Below the pieces are notes generated by a model. That model searched no databases. It worked only from the letters and a program-made list of their open reading frames with translations, and had not been told where the DNA came from. From the NCBI GenBank assembly GCA_045804885.1, contig JBJMMH010000086.1, forward strand, positions 1-53,090: 53,090 bases of DNA. The letters run 5' to 3'. Below are positions 26,271 through 35,161 of this stretch, piece by piece. Source of the stretch: Chloroflexota bacterium (GTDB taxonomy: Bacteria; Chloroflexota; Limnocylindria; Limnocylindrales; CSP1-4). Each line of letters starts with the position of its first letter. The stretch's first letter is position 1. The position numbers were made by a program, and so were the translations under genes.

Positions 26271-26894
26271 ATGGCCCGCGACGAAGAGCGTTTCGAGCGA
26301 TCGAGGCAGGAGCCGATCGTCGGCGGCCTGCCCGATGCGCCCGGGATCCTCGCGGCGATCCGCCTGACGGCGGGACTCGGCGTCCATCTTCGCGGCCTCG
26401 CCGACGAGCTCCTCGTCCGCGACTTCCCGGGCGCGACGCTGGTCCGCGCCGAACGGGAGATGCTGGCGACCGCCGTGTCCGCGGCGAACGACTGCTTCTA
26501 CTGCATGGATTCGCACGGCGCGTTCGCCTCGGCGCTCCTCGAGAAGACCGGCGCGACCGAGCGGCTGCCGCTGATCGACGCGATCAAGACCGGCACCTCC
26601 GACGGGGTCGACGCGAAGATGGGGCGGCTCCTCCATGTCGCGCGAACGGTCCGCCATAACGCGCTTGAGCTCACGGCGGCGGACATCGCTGCCGCGCACG
26701 ACGCCGGCGCGACCGACGGCGACGTCCAGCTCGCGGTGCTGATCGCCTCGGCATTCTCGATGTACAACCGGATGGTCGACGGCTTCCGGGCGATGACGCC
26801 AGCGTCAGCCGATGCCTACCGCCAGCGAGCCGGCGAGATCGCCGAACACGGCTACAGTGCGCCCGCCGTCACCTCGGTCCCTGCGGCCCGATAG
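26271..26894 (+). CDS. Carboxymuconolactone decarboxylase (AhpD-like) family peroxidase-related protein
   Basis: 207 aa. CxxCxxxH motif CFYCMDSH in a CMD-like helical context. SD GAGGAGGAG. Confidence 0.75.
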   Translation: MARDEERFERSRQEPIVGGLPDAPGILAAIRLTAGLGVHLRGLADELLVRDFPGATLVRAEREMLATAVSAANDCFYCMDSHGAFASALLEKTGATERLPLIDAIKTGTSDGVDAKMGRLLHVARTVRHNALELTAADIAAAHDAGATDGDVQLAVLIASAFSMYNRMVDGFRAMTPASADAYRQRAGEIAEHGYSAPAVTSVPAAR

Positions 26895-26935
26895 CGGGCG
26901 CAAACAGTCGGCTGGCTCGCGCAGTACCGGCCGTG

Positions 26936-28960
26936 TCAGCCGCGCCGAGCCAGTGACGCGAGCCACTCGTCGCGGTTGAGCGGGCTCGGCGCCGTGCGCG
27001 GCCGCGTGGGCGGCGTCCCGCCGAGGGGCTGATAGCCACCGAACTTCTGCTCGAGGACGCCCTCGCCGCCGGTCAGCCCCGGCAGCTGGTGCTGGAGATC
27101 GCGGACGCGGCCGACTGGCAGCAGCGCATCGACGAACGAGACCCCGTCCGTCGAGAACTGGCCGCGAACCCGACCACCCAGCCGGCCGAGTGCGGCGACC
27201 GTCACAGGGCCGCTCTCTGATGGCAGCTCGAGCGCGACCGCGGCGAGCGGCTCGCAGACCCACGTGCCCGCGCGCTGGAGCGCGGTCATCAGCACGAGCT
27301 GGGTGAGTCGCCGGAAGTCGGCCGGCGTCGAGACCGGCGACGCGTAGCCGCAGTCCCACATCGTGACGCGGCAGTCGGTCACCCGCCAGCCCGCGAGGCC
27401 CTCCTCCAGTGCCTCATCGATGTAGCTCTCCATTTGGGCGACCATCGCGTCGGTCGTCTTGTAGATGTAGAGCGGGATCAGCCGCGGCTCGACCGCCAGG
27501 CGGAACTCGACGCCTGAGCCGAGGGGCAACGGCTCCACGCGCAGGGCCATCGTGGCCGTGAACGGGTTCGTGCTCAGCGGCGAGCTGCGGCCGGTGATGT
27601 TCGTCTTGGTCTTGGCCCGGATGACCTCGTGGGCCTCGCCTGCCCGCCTGGGCCACTCGATGCAGATCGTCGTGCTGTCGCGGAAGTCCGCTTCGATGCC
27701 GTAGTCGCGGCCGAGCGTCGTCCCGATGACCTCCTTCTGGACGTCGCCATATAGCGAGACCGAGATCTCGTGCCGGGAGTCGTCCTGGCGGACGTTGATC
27801 AGCGGGTCCTGCTCGGCGAGCTGGGCGAGCGCCGCCCGAAGGCTGCCCGACTGCTCGGCACGCCGGGCGACCACGATGGTCTCGAGAGTCGGCAGCGGGA
27901 AGTGGCGAGCCGGATCCTCGGCGGCCGTTGCTTCACCGTCGCCGATCGCATCGCCGACCCGGACGGCGCCGAGGCCCCAGACGCGGGCCATCTCGCCCGG
28001 GGCGACGAAGGATCGCCTCGGTGCGCCGGGCGGCGCGAACACCGAGATCTGGGTCGGCTTGGCGTCCTCGCCGCCGTTAGTGCCTACGCGGACCCGCTGT
28101 CGCGGCCGCAGTGTCCCGTCGAAGACGCGGACGTAGGCGACCCGCTCGCCCGAGGCCGACCGCTCGATCTTGAAGACGCGACCGCCGAGATGGGCATCCG
28201 GGTCGCCGCGCCCGGCAGGCAGGAGCGCGACGATCCCGTCGATCAGGCCGTCGACGCCCGCGCCGGTCCCGGCCGAGCCGAAGTACGCAGGATGGACCTG
28301 GACGGCTGCCGTCTGGGCGGCGAGCAGCGTTCGCAACCGGCCGAAGGGGACGCTCGGACTGTCGGCGACGAACGCCTCGAGGACGGCGTCATCGCGCTCA
28401 GCGACGGTTTCAGTCAGCGCGGCGAGGAATGCCGGGTCGTCGGCCGTGCCGGGCTCAAATGCCGCGTCGCGCGTGCCGAGGCCGCGCGCCGTCCCCATCG
28501 GCACGATCGCCGGCGAGAGCCGGCGGCGGATCGCCTCCAGGACGCGTTGGTCGTCGGCGCCCGCCCGGTCGATCTTGTTGACGAAGATGAGCGTCGGGAC
28601 CTGCAGCCGCCGCAGGGCGCGGTAGAGGAGCGGCGTCTGCGGCTGGACGCCCTCGACCGCAGACACGAGGAGGATCGCGCCGTCGAGGACGCCGAGGACG
28701 CGCTCGACCTCGGCGATGAAGTCGGGGTGGCCGGGCGTGTCCACGAGATTGACGGCGAGATCGCCCAGGACGAACGAGGCGACGGCGGACCGGATCGTGA
28801 TGCCGCGTTCTCGTTCGAGCTCGAGCGAATCGGTCTGGGTGGTGCCGGCATCGACGCTGCCGACGCGGTCGATCGCACCGGCGGCGTAGAGAAGCCGCTC
28901 GGTGAGGGTGGTCTTACCGGCGTCGACGTGTGCGAGGATTCCGAGATTGAGCGTGCGCAT
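26936..28960 (-). CDS. Tet(M)/Tet(O)/OtrA-type ribosomal protection protein (EF-G-like GTPase)
   Basis: 674 aa. G1 [9 protein letters not shown], G3 DTPGH, G4 NKID. Start [24 protein letters not shown] parallels Tet(M) [24 protein letters not shown]. Has the RPP-typical domain IV/V segment [19 protein letters not shown]. Confidence 0.85.
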   Translation of the reverse strand: [674 protein letters not shown]

Positions 28961-29018
28961 CGGGCCTCATGCCTTCCAAGGAGGTGGTGACCTTCCGGGT
29001 TGACACGAGTGCTCCCAT
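28914..29018 (-). promoter_or_regulatory. Candidate leader uORF (34 codons) overlapping the RPP start
   Basis: On the minus strand, GAAAGGAG-cgtc-ATG GGA GCA CTC GTG TCA ACC CGG AAG GTC ACC ACC TCC TTG GAA GGC ATG ... TAA. It ends 47 nt inside the RPP gene in another frame. A CCUCC element flanked by two GGAAGG copies lies within it. Confidence 0.25.
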
Positions 29019-29090
29019 GACGCTCCTTTCTCGTTCGCTCCGCGCCGTTGCGCCTGTAGAGAGTGCCACGAGGCGTCAAGCTCAGGCATC

Positions 29091-30011
29091 GTGAAGTTCG
29101 TCGAGGCCGGCGGCGTCCGCGTGTCCGCGATCGGGCTGGGGACGTGGCAGTTCGCATCCCGGGAGTGGGGCTACGGCGCCGAGTACGCCCAGACGACCGC
29201 TCCCGCGCTGGTCCGCCGCGCCCTCGAGCTGGGGATCACCCTGATCGACACCGCCGAGGCGTACGGCGGCGGCGATTCCGAGCGGATCGTGGGCAGGGCC
29301 CTGCGCGACGCGGCTCGCGAACCCTTCGTCGCCACGAAGTTCACGCCGGTCCTGCCTGTCGCGTCGGTCATGGTCGACCACGCCGAGCGCTCCCGGGATC
29401 GGCTCGATCTCGCCGCGATCGACCTGTACCAGCTCCACTTCGCGAATCCGCTCGTGCCAGTGGCACGTCAGGCGGCGGGGTTGGCAGTGCTGCTCGATCG
29501 CGGCCTTGCCCGCGACGTCGGCGTCAGCAACCACTCGCTCGGGCGCTGGCAGGCGCTCGAGCGATCCCTGGGTCGGCCGGTTGTTTCGAACCAGGTCGAG
29601 CTCAACCTCGCCCGTCCGCGAGCGCTTCGCGACCTCGTGCCGTACGCGATCGCGCAGGACCGTCTCGTGATCGCCTACTCGCCGCTCGGACAGGGAATTC
29701 TGGCGGCGAGCGAGCGCCCGCGGCGCAATGGCGCCCGGCTGATCCGCCGGGTCATGGGGGCGCCGTCATGGTCGAACGCTGCCTCCCTCCGGGTAGCGAT
29801 CGCCGAGGTCGCGACGGCCCACGGCGCGACACCGGCGCAGGTCGCACTCGCGTGGCTCATCGGCCAGCCCAACGTGGTTGCGATCCCCGGCGCCCGGACG
29901 GTCGAACAGCTCGAGGAGAACGTCCGTGCCGCGGACCTGGAACTGTCGGCCGCCACGCTCGACCACCTAACCAACGTTTCCGCCCGGGTCGCCGACCGCC
30001 GGCGGCGATAG
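29091..30011 (+). CDS. Aldo/keto reductase
   Basis: 306 aa with a GTG start. Motifs GLGTWQF and IDTAEAYGGGDSERIVGRAL, with AKR-typical length. Confidence 0.9.
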   Translation: MKFVEAGGVRVSAIGLGTWQFASREWGYGAEYAQTTAPALVRRALELGITLIDTAEAYGGGDSERIVGRALRDAAREPFVATKFTPVLPVASVMVDHAERSRDRLDLAAIDLYQLHFANPLVPVARQAAGLAVLLDRGLARDVGVSNHSLGRWQALERSLGRPVVSNQVELNLARPRALRDLVPYAIAQDRLVIAYSPLGQGILAASERPRRNGARLIRRVMGAPSWSNAASLRVAIAEVATAHGATPAQVALAWLIGQPNVVAIPGARTVEQLEENVRAADLELSAATLDHLTNVSARVADRRRR

Positions 30012-30043
30012 CGAGCTCCGCCTGCCGCGCCCGACCCGGCGAT

Positions 30044-30712
30044 TCAGCCCGCGAGGTCTCGGTCCTGCATCTCCCAGGCGTGGTCGAGCACGTGATAGGC
30101 GGCATGGCGGAGCAGGTACGGGATCGTCCAGTTGCCGAGCGGCTTGCCCTCGGCGTACCAGGCGCGCATCGCCTCGACGAAGCGGTCGCGGTGATGGCCG
30201 AGACCGCCGGGCGTCTGGAGGTCCTCCAGCTCGGACTTCGCGTTCACCCGCTTCGAGAACTCGCCACCCTCGTTCGCCAGGACGTGCCGGACGATCTGGT
30301 CGCGGGAGCGGCCGCCACCCCGGACACCCAGCCGGAGCTCCGCGGAGACGCGGGCAGCCGTCTCGTCGAACTCGGCCCACGCGGCTCGCAGCAGCCTGGC
30401 CTGGCGATCGAAGGTCGAAGCATCAAACGGCTCGCGATCGAGCGGCGAGGGCGCGAACGAGATGCCCCAGAAGTCGGTCGAGCCGACGCCGGGATATCGG
30501 CCGATGATCTCGACGTCCGTCTGCGATTCCAGCTCGGAGCCCAGCCGGACGCGCTTCGCAATCGGGAGATACCGCGGAACGTAGCGGACGAGCTTTTCGA
30601 CCGCCTCGTCTTCCGTCTTGCCGCCGCGTTCGAAGCCCGGCCAGTCCGCTGCGACGGCGACCCAGCGCTTGCCGCGAGTGGGCTGTTCGACGAGCACCCG
30701 AAGCTGCGACAT
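30044..30712 (-). CDS. DinB-like protein with an N-terminal HicB-like (UPF0150-type) module
   Basis: 222 aa. The N-terminal KRWVAVAADWPGFERGGKTEDEAVEKL resembles the HicB/antitoxin-like fold. The C-terminal four-helix region has His residues (YLLRHAAYHVLDHAWEM) like DinB_2. Confidence 0.55.
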   Translation of the reverse strand: MSQLRVLVEQPTRGKRWVAVAADWPGFERGGKTEDEAVEKLVRYVPRYLPIAKRVRLGSELESQTDVEIIGRYPGVGSTDFWGISFAPSPLDREPFDASTFDRQARLLRAAWAEFDETAARVSAELRLGVRGGGRSRDQIVRHVLANEGGEFSKRVNAKSELEDLQTPGGLGHHRDRFVEAMRAWYAEGKPLGNWTIPYLLRHAAYHVLDHAWEMQDRDLAG

Positions 30713-30748
30713 CCCGCTGATCCTACCCGCGTTCAGGACGTTCCAACC

Positions 30749-31606
30749 CTATTCGCCCATCGGAACTGGTTCGCCGACGGTCAGTGAGACGACGTCGGTC
30801 AGGCCGGACTTTCCACGGAGCTGCAACGCCCGATGCTCGCCGACCAGATCGCCGGCACCGGCCGCCGCCTCGGCTGTGACCAGGACTTCGCCCTCGTGCG
30901 CTGCAGCCGCGAGCCGCGCCGTGACGTTGACGGCGTCGCCCATTGCCGTCAGCTCGGTGTCGGGCCCCTGGCCCACGGAGCCGACGAAGGCGACTCCGCT
31001 GTTGACGCCGATTCCGATCGGAATCCATGGCGCGTCGGTCTGGCCGTGACCGGTCACCTCGAGCAACCGGCGCGCAGCGTCGACGGCGTGGCGCGCGTGC
31101 TCACGGCCGGTGTACGCCGGAATGAAGATGCCGATCACCTCGTCGCCGACGAACTTGTCGACAATGGCGTTGAAGTCGATCAGCGTGGCGAAGGCCTCAT
31201 CGTAGAAGCGGCCCATCAAGGCGCGGAACTGGGCCGGGCGCATGGCCTCCGCGAGAGACGTCGAGCCTCGGACGTCGGCGAAGAGCAGAGAACACTCGAC
31301 CTCTGCCCCGCCATGGTTGGCCTGGAGCGTCCGGAAGCAGCCCTCGCAGTACTTGGGGTTCTTCGCCCAGCGGGCGTGACCGAAGTAGCGGAGTACCCAT
31401 CCGCCGGGCGGTCCGAAGGGTGCCGCGCACATCTTGCAGCGAGGCGGGCTGGGAATGCGTCGGTGCCGTCGCCGGAGCTTCATGACGCTGGGATCGGTCC
31501 CCAGCAGGAGGCGACGCCACACCTCGGACTCCGGCGCGAGATCGTTGACGGGCTGCTCATCCGTGTGGGTCACGTGCCGTTCCCGTCGTTCACACAGCAT
31601 CCTCAT
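30749..31606 (-). CDS. Class III adenylate/guanylate cyclase with an N-terminal Cys-rich (zinc-ribbon-like) segment
   Basis: 285 aa. Cyclase motifs LFADVRGST, KFVGDEV and GDAVNVTARL. N-terminal CKMC...CEGC. The exact start is uncertain. Confidence 0.85.
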   Translation of the reverse strand: MRMLCERRERHVTHTDEQPVNDLAPESEVWRRLLLGTDPSVMKLRRRHRRIPSPPRCKMCAAPFGPPGGWVLRYFGHARWAKNPKYCEGCFRTLQANHGGAEVECSLLFADVRGSTSLAEAMRPAQFRALMGRFYDEAFATLIDFNAIVDKFVGDEVIGIFIPAYTGREHARHAVDAARRLLEVTGHGQTDAPWIPIGIGVNSGVAFVGSVGQGPDTELTAMGDAVNVTARLAAAAHEGEVLVTAEAAAGAGDLVGEHRALQLRGKSGLTDVVSLTVGEPVPMGE

Positions 31607-31693
31607 GCGGCGGCGCTTTCCGCATCACTCCTCCGCCATCATGCTGCAGCGGGGCGCCGGCGAAATCGTCATCCCGGCAGCCCATGAACAGCT

Positions 31694-31906
31694 TCAGCTC
31701 AGTCGCTGGGCCGGCGCGAGGATGATGCCTTCGCGGCGGACGCAGGAGAGCCGATAGCTGTCTTCGTACTGGACCACCTCACGCACGAGGTGGCTGCTGC
31801 GGGCGTGGAGGCGGGCGAGCTCGGCGACGAACGCGATCGCAGCGTCGAGGTCGTCGACGACGATGCCGACGTGGGCGATCCCGAGAAACCCCGTGACCGG
31901 ACGGCC
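31694..31906 (-). pseudogene. Remnant of a VOC (glyoxalase/bleomycin-resistance) family gene
   Basis: The minus frame reads ...VTGFLGIAHVGIVVDDLDAAIAFVAELARLHA...*, a typical first beta-alpha-beta module. There is no ATG/GTG/TTG between the in-frame upstream stop (31957-31955) and this motif, and only about 68 codons remain. Confidence 0.4.
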
Positions 31907-31907
31907 G

Positions 31908-32579
31908 TCAGCCCACGTACCGCAGCGGCGTGACGGCGTAGTCGTCGGGGAGCTTCACACCGGTCGCGTGAACCGGGCAGTAGCCGTTGACATTCTTGGC
32001 GAGGTACTGCTGGTGGTACTCCTCGGCGTAGTAGAACTCCGGGGCCGGCTCGATCTCGGTCGCGATCTCGCCGTAGCCAGCCGCGCTCAGGCGCTCTTGG
32101 TACATGTCCCGCGACGCCTTCGCGGCCCTAAGCTGCTCGTCGTCGACTGCGTAGATCGCCGATCGGTACTGAGTCCCGACGTCGTTGCCCTGGCGCATCA
32201 CCTGCGTCGGGTCGTGGTTCTCCCAGAACACCTTGAGCAGGCGCTCGTAGGAGATCTTCGCGGGGTCGTAAGCGACGAGGACCGCCTCGGCGTGACCGGT
32301 CCGACCGCTACAGACCTCGCGGTAGGTCGGGTTCGGGGTGAAGCCGCCGACGTACCCGACTGCGGTCGAGACCACTCCGGGCGTCTCCCAGAACTCCTTC
32401 TCGGCGCCCCAGAAGCAGCCAAAGGCGAAGATCGCGGTCTTCGTGCCGTCGGGCCACGGGCCGGTGAGCGTCTGGCCGTTGACGTAGTGGCGGGCGGGAA
32501 CCTCGATCGGTTGGGATCGGCCGGGCAGGGCGTCAGCTGGGGTTGGCATGCGCGGAGCGCTGGGTCGGAAGAACTGCAT
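31908..32579 (-). CDS. msrA: Peptide-methionine (S)-S-oxide reductase
   Basis: 223 aa. Active-site motif [11 protein letters not shown] and conserved [26 protein letters not shown]. Confidence 0.95.
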   Translation of the reverse strand: MQFFRPSAPRMPTPADALPGRSQPIEVPARHYVNGQTLTGPWPDGTKTAIFAFGCFWGAEKEFWETPGVVSTAVGYVGGFTPNPTYREVCSGRTGHAEAVLVAYDPAKISYERLLKVFWENHDPTQVMRQGNDVGTQYRSAIYAVDDEQLRAAKASRDMYQERLSAAGYGEIATEIEPAPEFYYAEEYHQQYLAKNVNGYCPVHATGVKLPDDYAVTPLRYVG

Positions 32580-32643
32580 GCCCGGATTCTAGTGCCCGGC
32601 CGTGACGGAGCTGTGACATCGCTCAACGAGCGAATTGGGCGGC

Positions 32644-33990
32644 CTAGTCGTCCTCGGCGTCGTCCGGCTCGTGGATCGGGAGGCTGAAGCCGACCTCGGT
32701 CCCGGCGCCATCGCGCGGCGCTGCCCAGATCCGGCCGCCCATCGCCTCCACGAGCTGGCGACAGACGAAGAGCCCGATCCCCGCGCCGCTGGCCATGCGC
32801 GTCGCGGACTTCGACCGGAAGAACAGCTCGAACGCCCGGGCCGCGTCGGCTCCGGCGATGCCGATGCCCTCGTCGAGGACGCGAACGATGACCTCCTCGC
32901 CCTCCTTGCTCACGCGGATCGTGATCGGAAGGTCGTCGTCGGAGTACTTGTCGGCGTTCGTCAGCAGGTTCCGGACGATCTGCTCGACGTACGTCTCCTC
33001 GCCGATCGCGAGCGGCAGTCCGGACGCGATCTCGACGGCGATCTCGCGGCCCGTCCGCAATCGTTCGATCTCCGCAACGCGGCGCACGAGCCGCCCGATT
33101 CCGATCGGGTCGCCGTCGACCTCGAACCGTCCCCGCTCGGCTCGAGACAGCACGAGCAGGTCCTCCACGAGCCGCTGCAGCCGGTCGGCCTCACCTTCGA
33201 TGTCCTCGATGGCCTTCGAGACGACCACGCCATCGAGCGTCTCGGCGCGCTGGCGGAGCATCTTCGAGAGGCCGTAGATGGTCGTGATCGGCGTCCTGAG
33301 CTCGTGGCTGATCACCCCGATGAACGCGTCGCGCAGCTCGCTCGCTCGGACCTCCGCGGTGTAGATCGCGGCGAGCTCGACGGGTCCCGACAACACCCGG
33401 ACCACGGTCTCGAGGAGCTCGACGTCGACGTCGTTGAACGCGTTGCCTTGCGTCGAGTCGATCTCGACGAGGCCGATCCCGACCCCGCGCCGGATGATCG
33501 GGACGGCCAGCCACGACATGATCTGCTTCTTGCCCTCGGGGCCGGCGACCGTGTAGCCCGCGGCGTGCATATCAGGCACGAGGCACGGCTCGAGCGTCTG
33601 GACGACCCGCCAGCTGGGGCTCGGACCGCGCCGCAGCCGCTGGCCGAGGGCCTCCTTGGCGAACGGCCCGACGGCGGCCCGGATCACGAGATCGTCGCCC
33701 TGGACGAGCGCGATCGAGCCGCCCGTGAACGGCGTCGCCGCGTGGAGCCGATCGAGCGTCTCGTGGAGGATGTGATCGAGGTCGCGCTCGCCGGCGGCGG
33801 CCGTGGCGATGTCGAGGATCAGCTGCGACCGCGCGACCGCCCGACTGGCGGCATCCGTACCGGACAGCTGCTCACTCGTCACGAGCGAAAAGTACAGCGT
33901 CCGGGCAGCCGCGCGGTCTCGTCCTAGAGAAATCGCCCGCGATCTCAGAGACCTCTCATCGCCGTCCGCGAGCATGCCCTCGGTCCCCAA
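32644..33990 (-). CDS. Cytoplasmic GAF-domain sensor histidine kinase (no response regulator adjacent)
   Basis: 448 aa. GAF-like N-terminal region, H-box ISHELRTPITTIYG, N-box RNLLTNADKY, G-box GAGIGL. No TM segments. Confidence 0.88.
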   Translation of the reverse strand: MGTEGMLADGDERSLRSRAISLGRDRAAARTLYFSLVTSEQLSGTDAASRAVARSQLILDIATAAAGERDLDHILHETLDRLHAATPFTGGSIALVQGDDLVIRAAVGPFAKEALGQRLRRGPSPSWRVVQTLEPCLVPDMHAAGYTVAGPEGKKQIMSWLAVPIIRRGVGIGLVEIDSTQGNAFNDVDVELLETVVRVLSGPVELAAIYTAEVRASELRDAFIGVISHELRTPITTIYGLSKMLRQRAETLDGVVVSKAIEDIEGEADRLQRLVEDLLVLSRAERGRFEVDGDPIGIGRLVRRVAEIERLRTGREIAVEIASGLPLAIGEETYVEQIVRNLLTNADKYSDDDLPITIRVSKEGEEVIVRVLDEGIGIAGADAARAFELFFRSKSATRMASGAGIGLFVCRQLVEAMGGRIWAAPRDGAGTEVGFSLPIHEPDDAEDD

Positions 33991-34051
33991 CCGAGGGAGA
34001 CGCAGCGATCAGCAGTGAAGGCGCCCGGCCCATGGGCGTCGGAGGTTCTCG

Positions 34052-35161
34052 ATGACCGACCACAACGCCGAGCACGGGGCGTTGAACGCCCAGCCGTCGC
34101 CGTCCGCGCCCCAGCCCGATCACTCGGCGCCCCAGCCGATCCATCCCGTCGACGGTGCAGCCGCAGAAGGGCCGCAGATCGTGCGCGACGGCCGGCTCAC
34201 GAGCGAGTCCGTGCTGTACGAGATCCGGCGCGTCATCGTCGGCCAGGATCAGATGCTCGAGCGCATCCTCGTCGCGCTGCTCGCCGGCGGCCACCTCCTC
34301 CTCGAGGGCGTGCCCGGCCTCGCGAAGACCCTCACGATCAAGACGCTGGCCGACGTCCTCGACGCGCGCTTCAAGCGGATCCAGTTCACGCCGGACCTCG
34401 TCCCGGCCGACCTCGTCGGCACTCGCATCTACCGACCCGACCGACACTCGTTCGACACGGAGCTCGGCCCGGTCTTCGCGAACTTCCTCCTGGCCGACGA
34501 GATCAACCGCGCCCCGGCCAAGGTCCAATCGGCCCTGCTCGAGGTGATGCAGGAGCGGCAGGTCACGATCGGCCCGGAGAGCTTCCCGGTCCCGAGGCCG
34601 TTCCTCGTGATGGCGACCCAGAACCCGATCGAGTCCGAGGGGACGTACCCGCTGCCGGAGGCCCAGGTCGACCGATTCATGATGAAGGTCGTCGTCGGTT
34701 ACCCCAGCGCCGGCGAGGAGTCGGTCGTCGTCGAGCGCTCGCTCCGGCCGGCGCCCGAGGTCGTGTCGATCCTGGACACCGACGGCTTGAACGAGCTCCA
34801 GCGGCTGACCGCCGACGTCTACGTCGACCGCTCGATCATCGACTACGCCGTCGCCCTCACCGCGGCCACGCGCGAGCCGGAGAGCGTCGGGCTGAGCAAG
34901 ATCAAGCCGTTCATCGCCTTCGGTGCCAGTCCCCGAGGCTCGATCAACCTCATCCACGCGGCCCGCGCCCTGGCCGTCGTGCGCGGCCGTCGCTACGTCA
35001 TCCCAACCGACGTCAGCGAGCTCGCCCATGACGTGCTCCGCCACCGGATCGTCCCGAGCTTCACCGCCCTCGCCGAAGAGGTCAGCACCGACATGATCCT
35101 CGACCGCCTGGTGCCGGCCGTGGCGATGCCCCAGTCGAGCGGCGTCGAGCGGACCGCATGA
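34052..35161 (+). CDS. MoxR-family AAA+ ATPase
   Basis: 369 aa. Walker A LLEGVPGLAKT, Walker B LLADEINRAP, and the MoxR-typical FKRIQFTPDLVPADLVGT. Confidence 0.92.
   Translation: MTDHNAEHGALNAQPSPSAPQPDHSAPQPIHPVDGAAAEGPQIVRDGRLTSESVLYEIRRVIVGQDQMLERILVALLAGGHLLLEGVPGLAKTLTIKTLADVLDARFKRIQFTPDLVPADLVGTRIYRPDRHSFDTELGPVFANFLLADEINRAPAKVQSALLEVMQERQVTIGPESFPVPRPFLVMATQNPIESEGTYPLPEAQVDRFMMKVVVGYPSAGEESVVVERSLRPAPEVVSILDTDGLNELQRLTADVYVDRSIIDYAVALTAATREPESVGLSKIKPFIAFGASPRGSINLIHAARALAVVRGRRYVIPTDVSELAHDVLRHRIVPSFTALAEEVSTDMILDRLVPAVAMPQSSGVERTA

Noticed and set aside
31434-31757. 107-aa + strand ORF bridging the cyclase start and the VOC remnant
   Set aside because: It overlaps the cyclase N-terminus in antisense, its composition is Arg/Ser-rich, and it has no SD. 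It is not supported.
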